DNA of 59,419 bases, filler included, from Nitrospirota bacterium (GTDB lineage Bacteria > JACPQY01): assembly GCA_016180645.1 (NCBI GenBank). It is 4 parts of 4 records of this genome, joined end to end, with 100 filler letters (N's around TTAATTAATTAA, not from the genome) between each part and the next. Parts side by side here need not be neighbours in the genome. Positions count along the whole stretch, not along the records: positions 11,315 to 23,982 come from JACPAV010000063.1; positions 24,083 to 36,631 come from JACPAV010000064.1; 2 more parts are not named here. One strand, given 5' to 3'. A program made the translations under genes and the position numbers. The first letter of the stretch is position 1. Each line of letters starts with the position of its first letter. This document shows, one piece after another, positions 20,517 through 29,688 of the stretch. The notes beneath the pieces are model-generated. The model was not told the origin of the DNA and searched no databases. It saw only the letters and a list, made by a program, of their open reading frames with translations.

Positions 20517-23500
20517 TCAGGGCAGGTTCGTAACCGGGACGGGGGTCAACCGATTGACCGTCGTGCCGTCGCCGAGTTGGCCGTACTGACCGGAGCCCCA
20601 GCATTTCACCATGCCATCGGATTGGAGGGAACAGGTGTGAACGTTGCCCCCCGCGATCCCGCTGGCGGCAGAAAGGGACGCCACCGGGACAGGCGTCGAC
20701 TTGTTCACGGTCGTCCCGTCCCCAAGCTGACCGTTGCCATTGCTCCCCCAGCATTTCACCGTGCCGTCGGAAAGAAGGGAACAGGTGTGATTGACGCCCC
20801 CCGCCACGGCGACAGCACCGCTGAGCGTCGACACAGCGACGGGGGTCGATTTGTTCACCGTCGTCCCGTCCCCAAGCTGACCGAAGGGATTGTACCCCCA
20901 GCATTTCACCGTGCCGTCGGAACGAAGGGAACAGGTGTGACTGTTGCCCGCCGCGATGGCGACAACACCGCTGAGCGTCGACACGGCCACGGGGGTCGAT
21001 TTGTTCGCCGTCGTCCCGTCCCCAAGCTGACCGTAGGGATTGTACCCCCAGCATTTCACCGTGCCGTCGGAAAGAAGGGAACAGGTGTGAACGTTGCCCC
21101 CCGAGACGGCGACAGCACCGCTGAGCGTCGACACGGCTACCGGCGTCGTCTTTTGCACCGTCGTCCCGTCCCCAACCTGACCGTTGCCATTGTACCCCCA
21201 GCATTTCACCGTGCCGTCGGAAAGAAGGGAACAGGTGTGGGTGGTGCCCCCCGCCACGGCGACAGCACCGCTGAGCGTCGACACGGCCACGGGGGTCGAC
21301 TTGTCCGCCGTCGTCCCGTTCCCAAGCTGACCGTTGCCATTCCACCCCCAGCATTTCACCGTGCCGTCGGAAAGAAGGGAACAGGTGTGATATTGGCCCC
21401 CCGCGATCCCGATGGCGGAAGAAAGAGACGCCACCGAGACAGGCGTCAACTTGTCGGCCGTCGTCCCGTCCCCAAGCTGACCGTAGAGATTGTACCCCCA
21501 GCATTTTACCGTGCCGTCGGAAAGGAGGGAACAGGTGTGAAGACCGAGGTGGTTGGTGAGGCCTTCGCGGAAGGGGCGGGCGGGGGCGCCGGAGGCGGTG
21601 GATTCGTGGAGATTGGGATTCCTTACGCCCATCGGACCCACGGCAAACGAGACGGCCACGGGCGTAGTCTTGCTCACCGTTGTCCCATCTCCAAGCTCGC
21701 CCTGGGGGCCAGCCCCCCAGCAGTTCACCGTCCCATTCGACAGGAGTGCGCAAACATGGAACTCCGCGGTCGAGATGGCAACGGCATTTGTGAGGGTGGA
21801 AACCGCCACGGGCGTCCACTTGTCAACGGTCGTCCCATCTCCCAATTGGCCAAAACTAGTTGCCGACCAGTAGTTCATGCCCCAGCATTTGACGGTCCCA
21901 TCCGAAAGGAGCGAGCAGGTGTCGAAACCGCCCGGGGAAACAGTTGCGGCATTTGTGAGGGTGGAAACGGCGACGGGCGTCCACTTGTCAACGGTCGTCC
22001 CATCCCCAAGCCTCCCGTAGGCGTTGCCTCCCCAGCACTTGACGGTCCCGTCGGACATGAGAGCGCACATGTGGCCGCTGCCGGCTGCCACTGCCACCGC
22101 GTTCGAGAGAGACGATACGGCCACGGGGGTCGTCTTCTGCAGCGTTGTCCCGTCGCCGATCTCCCCACTGAGATTGCGCCCCCAGCATTTCACTGACCCA
22201 TCCGACACCAGCGAACAGGCAACGTCGCCGCCGGAAGCCACTGCAATGGCACCCGTCAGGCTGGTAACGGCCACGGGCGTAGTCTTGTTCGCGGTGGTGC
22301 CGTCCCCCAACTGGCCATAGCTATTGATCCCCCAGCACTTGACCGATCCGTCCGAGATGAGGGCGCAGGTCTGGTAGGAGCCCCCTCCCGTCACGGCCAA
22401 GACGCTCGAGAGACTGGAGACCCCCACGGGGGTTGACGTGAGCGTCGCGGTGGTGCCGTTGCCCAACTGACCTTCCAGGTTGCGTCCCCAACATTCGACG
22501 GTCCCATCCGAAAGGAGCGCACAGGTATGCATATAGCCGCCGGTGACGGACACCGCGTTGGTAAGCGAGGAGACGGCCACGGGGGCTGATTTGTTCACCG
22601 TGGTACCATCCCCGATCTGGCCCTCCGCATTGCGTCCCCAGCACTTGACCGTGCCGTCCACCATGAGCGCACAGGCGGACTTGCCGATGTGACCCGAGAT
22701 GGCTTTCGCAACACCGGTGGTGGACCATGTGCGGGCGTATTTTTCGACGGTGTTGGTGTCCACGTTGCCGGCTTCGTCGCGGGCGCGGACGACGTAGTAC
22801 ACTTGGTTGCCGAACGTGAGCGAGCCGTCGCCGTAGTTGACGGCCCCGGCGGAGGTTGTGAACGTGGCGTTAAAACTTCCTTGGCAGTCCGCTTGAGGCG
22901 CCTCACGGCAGATCTGGTAGACGATGTTTCCAGTGGCCGTCACCGTGTCCGAACCGGCTGACCAAGCGAGGTTTACGTTGGTTTCGGAAGTGGCCGTGGC
23001 GCTTGTGAGGCCGGCGAACGTCGGCGCAGTCCAGTCGTTCGTCCACGTGATGTCCAGATTGTTCGCCGTTGAGTTTCCGTTCCCGGCGGCATCCACGCAG
23101 GCGATGTATCGGGTGTAAGCGGTATCCGCGTTGAGCGCATCGGTGAACTGGCAGGCGGTTGCGCTCGCGCAGGCGGTGCCGGTCCCCGAGTTGTAGGCGG
23201 AGTCGGTGGTGTACCATCGGCAGCCGGTGGTGCCGGAGACGGCATCCGTGGAGGTGAGGACGATGTCCGTATTCGAATCGTTTGTTGTGTCGTAATACGT
23301 CGTTGCGTTGTCCCCCTCGACGCTGGTGAGGGTGAGCGGCGGGGCGGTGTAGTCGTTCGTCCATGAGATGTCCAAGTTGTTCGCCGCGTCGTTCCCGTTC
23401 CCGGCGGCGTCTACGCAGGCGATGGAATATGTGTACGTGCTCCCCTCCGTGGCCGCCCCGGTGAACGAGCAGGATGTGCTTGAGGCGCAGGCGGTGCCGG

Positions 23501-23982
23501 TCCCTGCGTTGTAGGCCGAGTCGGATGTGTACCATCGGCAGCCGGTGGTGCCGGAGACGGCATCCGTGGAGGCGAGGACGATATCCGTGTTCGAATCGTT
23601 TACCGTGTCGTAATACGTGGACGCCGTATCGCCCTCCACATTGGTAAGCGTGAGCGGCGGGGCGGTGTAGTCGTTCGTCCATGAGATGTCCAAGTTGTTC
23701 GCCGCGTCGTTCCCGTTCCCCGCGGCGTCCACGCAGGCAATGTAGCGGTTGTAGGTGGTGCCTTCGGTGTCCACACCGGTGAAAGAGCACGAGGTGGCGC
23801 TTGCGCAGGCGGTGCCGGTGCCCGCGTCGTAGCCTGAGTCGGTTGTGTACCAGCGGCAGGCGGTGGTGCCGGAGGGGGTATCGGTGGAGGTGAGGACGAT
23901 GTCCGTGTTGGAGTCGTTTACCGTGTCGTAGTACGTTGAGGCCGTATCGCCCTCGACGCTGGTGAGCGTGAGGGGAGGGGCG
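20517..23982 (-). CDS. Large surface protein: Cys-containing ~106-aa repeats, FN3-like domain and RCC1/BLIP-II repeats (5' end cut by linker)
   Basis: About 14 HTCSLLSDGTVKCWG.N..GQLGDGT repeats; the frame stays open to the contig end at 23982. Confidence 0.92.
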
Positions 23983-24082
23983 NNNNNNNNNNNNNNNNNN
24001 NNNNNNNNNNNNNNNNNNNNNNNNNNTTAATTAATTAANNNNNNNNNNNNNNNNNNNNNNNNNNNNNNNNNNNNNNNNNNNN
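23983..24082. other. Artificial contig linker
   Basis: N run around TTAATTAATTAA. Confidence 0.98.
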
Positions 24083-24969
24083 CGCGTCATTCTTTGAGCC
24101 AGCGTCCGCCGGCCGGTTGTGAGGAAGAGGGCAGGGGAGGGCGAAGACGCCATCTCAGATTTGAAATTTGAGATTTCAGATGGAGGAGGGGAGGGGGCCG
24201 GCGAGGACGCCATTTCAGATTTCAGATTTGAAATCTCAGTTGAGGAGGGGGAGGGCAGGGGAGGGGATTTCAAACTCGTGGCTCGTGCAGTCAAGATTCG
24301 CTCCCGAATCTTGAGCCAGTCTCTCAGGTACGCCCACGCCTCGGGGCCGATCACCACGAAGTTGTTCTTGTCCGCTTCGCCTTTACCTTGGATCACCAGC
24401 GTGCGGATGCCGTCCCGCACGCGCAGGTCCGCCTCGTCGGCCCGCCAGGCTTCCACTTGGCGGAGGCCCGTCGTCGCGAGGAGGGCGATGAGCGCCCGGT
24501 TCCGGACTGCGGCGGAGCCCTCCCCGGTCCATGCGTCGATCATCCTTCGTACTTCCTCCGGCGTGAAGGCGTCCTTCAGATGGTGCCGACTCCGCCTTGC
24601 GCTCTTCACGCGGCCGACCACGACGCCGTGGTAGCCGAGGAAACTCATCACCGCGGCTTTGTAGAGTTGGATGGTGTTCGGCCGCAAAACGGCCGAGGGC
24701 GATGGGCGGTGGGCGATAGGCGATGGCAGGGAAGCTGTCGCTCCGTGCGGCTCGCGTCCCGGGTACGGTGCCGCTGCTTGCAGATGCCTGACGAACTCTA
24801 CCACGGCCTCTCTCGGGGTGGCGAAGGTTTTTCCTCTCAACCAAGCCGCGAACTTTTCGAGGGCGGTGCGATACGTCCGCCGCGTGTCGGCGCTGAAGGA
24901 GGGGTCGTTGAGGAAGGCCTCGATCCGGGCGAGGAGCGCGGACGGCGAAGCGAGAGCGAGGTCAGTCAT
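24083..24969 (-). CDS. Tyrosine recombinase/integrase (XerC/D-like), 3' end cut by linker
   Basis: SAM-like SADTRRTYRTAL, RNRALIALLATTGLRQVE (catalytic Arg), IQGKG. Confidence 0.88.
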
Positions 24970-25283
24970 GGGAAGATGTGGTCATGTAGTGATGGAGTCA
25001 TGGAATCATCTAACGGAGAAGAAGGACTCCGGGTCCGGCCACATCGCCACATGACTCCATGAACACATGAATACATGACTCCATTCCTCCTGAACTTTGC
25101 ACGGTTCTTCCCGCGTGCCTTCCTGTCTCTCTTGCCTCGCGCCTTTCGTCCGGCGCCCTGCGCCTTTTTCCATGACTATATCACAAATGAGGGTTAGTGA
25201 TAGTATGAAAATGGCGCATGACACATGACGCATGACCCATGACACAGGCCGAAAGAGCCCCAAAACAGCCCCAAAACGAAACC

Positions 25284-25312
25284 TTGCTTTTGTCGAACGG
25301 CTGAACTACAAT
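25284..25312 (+). promoter_or_regulatory. Sigma-70 promoter of the island operon
   Basis: TTGCTT-N17-TACAAT. Confidence 0.55.
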
Positions 25313-25463
25313 AAAGGAGCGTGACAAGGATGCAAAAGAGACACACGCACGGACGCCGCGCTACCCCAACCCACCGCCCAGGCCGCACCGCGATAGCCGC
25401 TCGCCCGAACGGCTTCGATCACGGAAAATCGGTCTCGACCTCAAGAGCCCTCTTTGCCGCATG

Positions 25464-25539
25464 ATCCCACCACCTCGAACAGCCCGCCGCTTGGCGGGCT
25501 CGAATTCTGCGGCCTCCGGCCGGTTCGAGGTGGTGGGAT
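25464..25539 (+). promoter_or_regulatory. Leader stem-loop covering the SD and start codon
   Basis: 17-bp perfect inverted repeat ATCCCACCACCTCGAAC / GTTCGAGGTGGTGGGAT enclosing hairpin AGCCCGCC-GCTT-GGCGGGCT. Confidence 0.65.
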
Positions 25540-25735
25540 GAAAGGCCGGATCCTGGGAGAGCGGGGAAAGGTCACGTTCTTTTTCGAGTGCCGCGAATGC
25601 AAGGAGAAGATCAGACTCCCGCTCTACTTCGGCGTGAAGAGGATTTGGAACAACTCCACCAGCCCGACGTTGCAGAAACTCTATCCGCACCAGGGCCACA
25701 GGGTGGGCGTGCGATGGGAGTTTGAGCCGGTGTAG
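25538..25735 (+). CDS. Small CxxC hypothetical protein
   Basis: MKGRILGE...CREC...HQGH; SD GAGGTGG; stop abuts the next ATG. Confidence 0.55.
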   Translation: MKGRILGERGKVTFFFECRECKEKIRLPLYFGVKRIWNNSTSPTLQKLYPHQGHRVGVRWEFEPV

Positions 25736-25930
25736 ATGGGCAAGAAACAATACCGGGGTCACTATTGCCGGGTTTGCGGCCGAATACGCGCGAATGAACG
25801 ATTCAGCGGCAAGGGCCACGCGAGACATGTCTGTAGGGACTGCGAACTCAAGATGCGCGCCGAGGCTCGCAAGAGGAGGAAACCCGACCGCGTAGGCTCG
25901 GAAGGGGCGGGACAGGCCGGAAGATCGTGA
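25736..25930 (+). CDS. Small zinc-ribbon protein
   Basis: GHYCRVCGR...FSGKGH..HVCRDC; overlaps the next start (GTGA). Confidence 0.75.
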   Translation: MGKKQYRGHYCRVCGRIRANERFSGKGHARHVCRDCELKMRAEARKRRKPDRVGSEGAGQAGRS

Positions 25931-26634
25931 ACATCCCGTTGTCGGATCGACCGATCGTTCATCTCAAGAGCATGAACACCACAGAGATGGCCCGGCGGCA
26001 TCTGGAGGAGTGGTGGGCGCCAAGGATAAAGCCCTGGGCCGCGGAGACAGGCAGGAATCTCTTCGCGGAAGTACTGAGGACGATCCGTTCGGTTCGGTTT
26101 TGTGGGTATGGGCACGGCGGCTGGATCTACAGCTCGGTGGCCTTCGAGGTCGCAACCCTCCTCACCGTTGAGGTCGAGCAGGCCTTCAGCTACATCGACA
26201 GGGCAGCCAAGCCGGCGCATACGCCGTGCGTCCCCAAGAAAAAGCAGCTCCGGCGCCTGGCGGAGACGCTCTCAAAAGACAATCTGGTCAAACCTTCTCT
26301 CGACTACCCACCCTGCGAGTGCTGTCTCGAGCGGATCGAGAAACGTTTCTGCAAGAAATGGCAGGGGCTGGATCACCTTTGGTGGACGAGGCTCCGGGAG
26401 ATCCTGCCGGAGTATCCGATAGACGAGCGTTTCGAGAAACGGGGCTTCCGGTACGAACTCGATGAGGTCACGCAGTCTGCCATGCAGTGGGTCGTGGAGA
26501 CCTACTTGGAAGAACTTGCAAAGGCCGGAGCGGATGGACGCGAGGAGCTGCCGCCACCGTCCTTCGTCCGGGGCCTGGCGGCCTCGGTCTTCGCGGGTCG
26601 CCCCAGCAAGAAAGAGCGGGCCGCAGCCCATTAG
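25927..26634 (+). CDS. Hypothetical protein, distant paralog of 28840 and 29685
   Basis: WAPRIKPW...GRNLF...C...CECC...HLWWTRL..I..EY. Confidence 0.75.
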   Translation: MNIPLSDRPIVHLKSMNTTEMARRHLEEWWAPRIKPWAAETGRNLFAEVLRTIRSVRFCGYGHGGWIYSSVAFEVATLLTVEVEQAFSYIDRAAKPAHTPCVPKKKQLRRLAETLSKDNLVKPSLDYPPCECCLERIEKRFCKKWQGLDHLWWTRLREILPEYPIDERFEKRGFRYELDEVTQSAMQWVVETYLEELAKAGADGREELPPPSFVRGLAASVFAGRPSKKERAAAH

Positions 26635-26639
26635 GCAGG

Positions 26640-27065
26640 ATGCGACACTACACTTGGATCCCCCGTGCAGCAGACATCGCCTTCGAGCTGATGAAGGTGC
26701 CAGCCCTTCTGGATCGCAAGGACGTGGAGAAGCTTTTCAAGATCCCCAAGACGAGCGCGGTCTACCTCATGCGCGCGGCGGGAGGAGAGAAGAAGGGCAT
26801 CTCGATGGTCATCAGCCGGGACCGGCTCACGGCTTTCGTGAACGGCAAAGTGAATGGGGAGCCATCCCGAAGGCCCGCGCTGGGCGAGTACGTCATCGAA
26901 GGGGAACCCCTGAAGGAGGATGAGTGGCTTGAGAAAGTGGCCAACGGCGTCAGGATCGCCGCGAAGTCCCGGGCCGAGTTCGTGCGGAATCTGAAACGCC
27001 TCACGCAGGCTCTCCAGGACCCGATTGAGCGAGAGAAGATGTTCCGGGAACTCCATCTTCAATAG
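26640..27065 (+). CDS. Hypothetical protein, possibly HTH/excisionase-like
   Basis: LLDRKDVEKLFKIPKTSAVYLM helix-turn-helix-like segment; operon spacing. Confidence 0.6.
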   Translation: MRHYTWIPRAADIAFELMKVPALLDRKDVEKLFKIPKTSAVYLMRAAGGEKKGISMVISRDRLTAFVNGKVNGEPSRRPALGEYVIEGEPLKEDEWLEKVANGVRIAAKSRAEFVRNLKRLTQALQDPIEREKMFRELHLQ

Positions 27066-27075
27066 GATATTACGT

Positions 27076-27828
27076 ATGAGCGCGGCGGCTCTCCACCCTC
27101 TCTTCGATCTCAAGCAGAAGCTTGAGGTCCTGATCGCGCTCGTCACCGGACCGGACGAGGAAAAGCGCGAGACGGCAGCCTTCGAGGCTTCGATCGCGTC
27201 CCATGCCTCGCAGCTCACGCTCCTCGCCTCAAACCTGCCGCACGCTCCCCGGGCGATTGAACTGGCCTGCGACCTCCTGGAACTGGTGGCGCTTCTCATC
27301 CTCCTGAAAAGCACGCGCCTCGTCGAGCGACTCGGAAGATCTCCGGACGACCCCGCGGCGCGAGAGATCCTTCTCAAGCATATCCTCGAGAAAGCGCGCG
27401 CCCTCCGCGACGAGATCGATGTCCGCCTGTTGCCGGTGAGGCCCGTTCCGCCGCCCGGGCGCTATGGTGAGGTCCTGGCGGAAGGCGGATCGGATACCGG
27501 TGGTCCTCGCATGGAATGGGTGTCGTTCGAGGAGCTTGCCGACAGCCTCGACCAGATCCTTTCCGAACTCGAATCGAGGCCCCACGAGGTGCAGATGGAC
27601 CGCCCGACGGTACGGGAGATGATCGAGAAGTTGCTCGCCCTCCTGGCCGCACGAACCAGGTTCATCCTCCAGGCCGTGTGGGGTATCGAAAGAGCCGAGC
27701 GGGTGACGGCGTTCCTGGCCGCCCTTGATCTCACGTATCAGCGAAAGGCGCGGATTGAGCAGCGTGAGGCCGGAGGGGACGTCTATGTCACACGGGGCAC
27801 GGCGGGCGATCCTGGTGCCGGAGCATGA
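27076..27828 (+). CDS. scpA: Divergent ScpA (kleisin)-like protein
   Basis: IELACDLLELVALLILLKSTRLV, VSFEELADSL, TVREMIEKLL and VTAFLAALDL...ARIEQREAGGDVYV match the ScpA N-terminal helix and C-terminal winged helix. Confidence 0.8.
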   Translation: MSAAALHPLFDLKQKLEVLIALVTGPDEEKRETAAFEASIASHASQLTLLASNLPHAPRAIELACDLLELVALLILLKSTRLVERLGRSPDDPAAREILLKHILEKARALRDEIDVRLLPVRPVPPPGRYGEVLAEGGSDTGGPRMEWVSFEELADSLDQILSELESRPHEVQMDRPTVREMIEKLLALLAARTRFILQAVWGIERAERVTAFLAALDLTYQRKARIEQREAGGDVYVTRGTAGDPGAGA

Positions 27829-28298
27829 AGCAGAATCCCGTCGCGAGGTCCGAAGCGGATTCCGCACCGCAGGTCGAAGGCAACCTCCGTTGGATGTCGG
27901 TCGGCGAGTTTCGCATCGAGAGAAGATCCCTCGTGCCACCCTCTCTCTCCGGCCTCCTGAATCGGCAACCCTGCATCTATCGACTTCTTTTTCTTGACCA
28001 AGCTCGGATGAACGAAGCGTGGGTGGGCCAAAGCCGGAGCTTGGGGCCCGACCTGCGGGCGTTCGCAAAGGGTGGAGGTGCGATGCCGAAGGAACTCAGG
28101 AGCCATGTGCTGAGCGCGCTCCGGAGCGGGAGGAGGGTTTGGGTCGAGGTGGTCGAGCCGAGCCGGCTCAAGTTGCATACCGGCAATGCGGACCTGAAAG
28201 ACGACGATACAAGAGCGCTGGTTCGCCAACTCGCTCTCCTCCAGACGGCCGCGACGGTGAAGAAGGTCTTGGAGTTCGGACGCAAGGGCTGGTCGTAG
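27825..28298 (+). CDS. Hypothetical protein with degenerate GIY-YIG-like motif
   Basis: PCIYRL...AWVGQSRSL; ATGA overlap with scpA. Confidence 0.6.
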   Translation: MKQNPVARSEADSAPQVEGNLRWMSVGEFRIERRSLVPPSLSGLLNRQPCIYRLLFLDQARMNEAWVGQSRSLGPDLRAFAKGGGAMPKELRSHVLSALRSGRRVWVEVVEPSRLKLHTGNADLKDDDTRALVRQLALLQTAATVKKVLEFGRKGWS

Positions 28299-28299
28299 C

Positions 28300-28782
28300 G
28301 TGACCGTGGAATCGACTGAGGCCGACCGTCCGAGACAAATATGCGCCGTCCTCATCGGGTCGGGCAGGGCGCTCGCCCCAGCGGAGATCGGCCAAGTGCT
28401 TGGGATCGAGACCCATGACGTGGAGAGCGTGATGGAGCATGTCAAGGATCGGCTTGCCGGCGTCGGCCTCGCGCTCGTCTCGGACGAGAAGGGGAGATGG
28501 CTCGTCGCGGTGGGCGCGGCGGGACGTGTGATGGTCGCGCGGCTCAACGGAGACCCGCTGGGACGTAGGCAACTTTCTACCGAGGCGGCCGAAACGCTCG
28601 CTTTGCTTCAGGAGAAAGGACCGCTCACCATCAAAGAGATGGCCCGCATCCGCGGCGCGAATCCGAGAAATGCCGTCGAGACATTGCGTGCTCTCGGCCT
28701 TGTCCGGCGCGCTGGCCGCTCGCGGGGCAGGGGAGGGGCGTGGCTTTACAGGGTTTCGGCGACCGTACCGGATGGCTTGTGA
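28300..28782 (+). CDS. scpB: Divergent ScpB (KITE)-like protein
   Basis: ICAVLIGSGRAL, LSTEAAETLALL..KGPLTIKEMARIRG, ETLRALGLV...GR...WLY. Confidence 0.82.
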   Translation: MTVESTEADRPRQICAVLIGSGRALAPAEIGQVLGIETHDVESVMEHVKDRLAGVGLALVSDEKGRWLVAVGAAGRVMVARLNGDPLGRRQLSTEAAETLALLQEKGPLTIKEMARIRGANPRNAVETLRALGLVRRAGRSRGRGGAWLYRVSATVPDGL

Positions 28783-28839
28783 GGGGCTAAGGAATGTGAG
28801 AAAGCTGTCTCGGTTGGAGCGCGTTGGTAGGAAGGTGAC

Positions 28840-29688
28840 ATGAATCCTTTCGTGCGAATGCCTGGCAGGCAGAGGGAGCCCGAATGGCTCCAGGCCGCAG
28901 CCTCCCTCGATCATATGTTGGAGTTCTGGGAGCCCCGGATCAAGCCGTGGATGGAGCGCGCTGGGAGGGCTTACTTCGATGTCGCTCGAGACCTTGCCCA
29001 AAAGGTCACGCACTGCCAGCCGCCCTCCGCCCAATCGCGCCGGGCGATCCTGATGATCCTCCCGGTAGCGGAGGTGTATGCGTGGGCTGCTTCCCTTCAC
29101 GACTGGTGCAGGCGCGCAGGGTTCTGGGGCGACGCCGGGGAGACCTTCCTGTGGGTCCGCCGCAACGTGGCCGAGAAGCTCGACGATGATGAGCGAACGG
29201 ACCTCATGCTTTTCGGGGAGTGCAAGGAATGCGTGGAGGAGGCGGGCGTCCATTCGAACGCCTCCCCGAAGAGGCCGTTCCATGTCTGGAACAAGCGCCT
29301 CCCTTCGATCGTGAGGGAGTACGCGAAGAGATACCCCCTGACGGACTACTATCCGCGTGAGCTGATCACCGTGATGACGCTCGTCGGCGAGGAAGCCATG
29401 AGGGGCTATCTTGGCGGCTTTCGGGAGGCGATAGGGATCGATCCCGACCTTCCGGCCGAGGAGCAATTCCGTAGCGATCTGGCCCACGCGATTCGACACG
29501 TTTACACGGCTGCGGACAACCCCGATGTCATGGTGATCGAAAGCTGGGGGCCGAGCAAGAAGTGGGAAGAGGGATGGAGACCGGAGTGGGCGAGGGTAGC
29601 GGAGCCGGCTGCCGATGCGCCTCCGGATGTCCGGAAAAAGCGCCGCAGTCGGACCCAAAGGGCGGGAGCGGGGGCACGAACGCGGTGA
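28840..29688 (+). CDS. Hypothetical protein (Cys/His family, copy 2)
   Basis: Close paralog of the next gene: DLMLFGECKEC, PREL, VIESWGPSK.WE.GWRP.W; SD GAAGG. Confidence 0.85.
   Translation: MNPFVRMPGRQREPEWLQAAASLDHMLEFWEPRIKPWMERAGRAYFDVARDLAQKVTHCQPPSAQSRRAILMILPVAEVYAWAASLHDWCRRAGFWGDAGETFLWVRRNVAEKLDDDERTDLMLFGECKECVEEAGVHSNASPKRPFHVWNKRLPSIVREYAKRYPLTDYYPRELITVMTLVGEEAMRGYLGGFREAIGIDPDLPAEEQFRSDLAHAIRHVYTAADNPDVMVIESWGPSKKWEEGWRPEWARVAEPAADAPPDVRKKRRSRTQRAGAGARTR

Noticed and set aside
20322-22196. Long repetitive plus-strand ORF (also 681-1490, 1536-2462, 28168-29844, 46815-48377)
   Set aside because: Antisense or alternative-frame shadows of well-supported genes in high-GC DNA.
23900-24200. 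Integrase next to RCC1 gene 1, and the two RCC1 genes as island-flanking att repeats
   Set aside because: They are separated by an artificial N/TTAATTAATTAA linker, so the adjacency is not biological evidence.
27076-28782. Calling the ScpAB module Wadjet/MksBEFG
   Set aside because: No SMC-like ATPase or Toprim nuclease (JetC/JetD) is on the contig, and the proteins resemble ScpA/ScpB rather than JetA/JetB.
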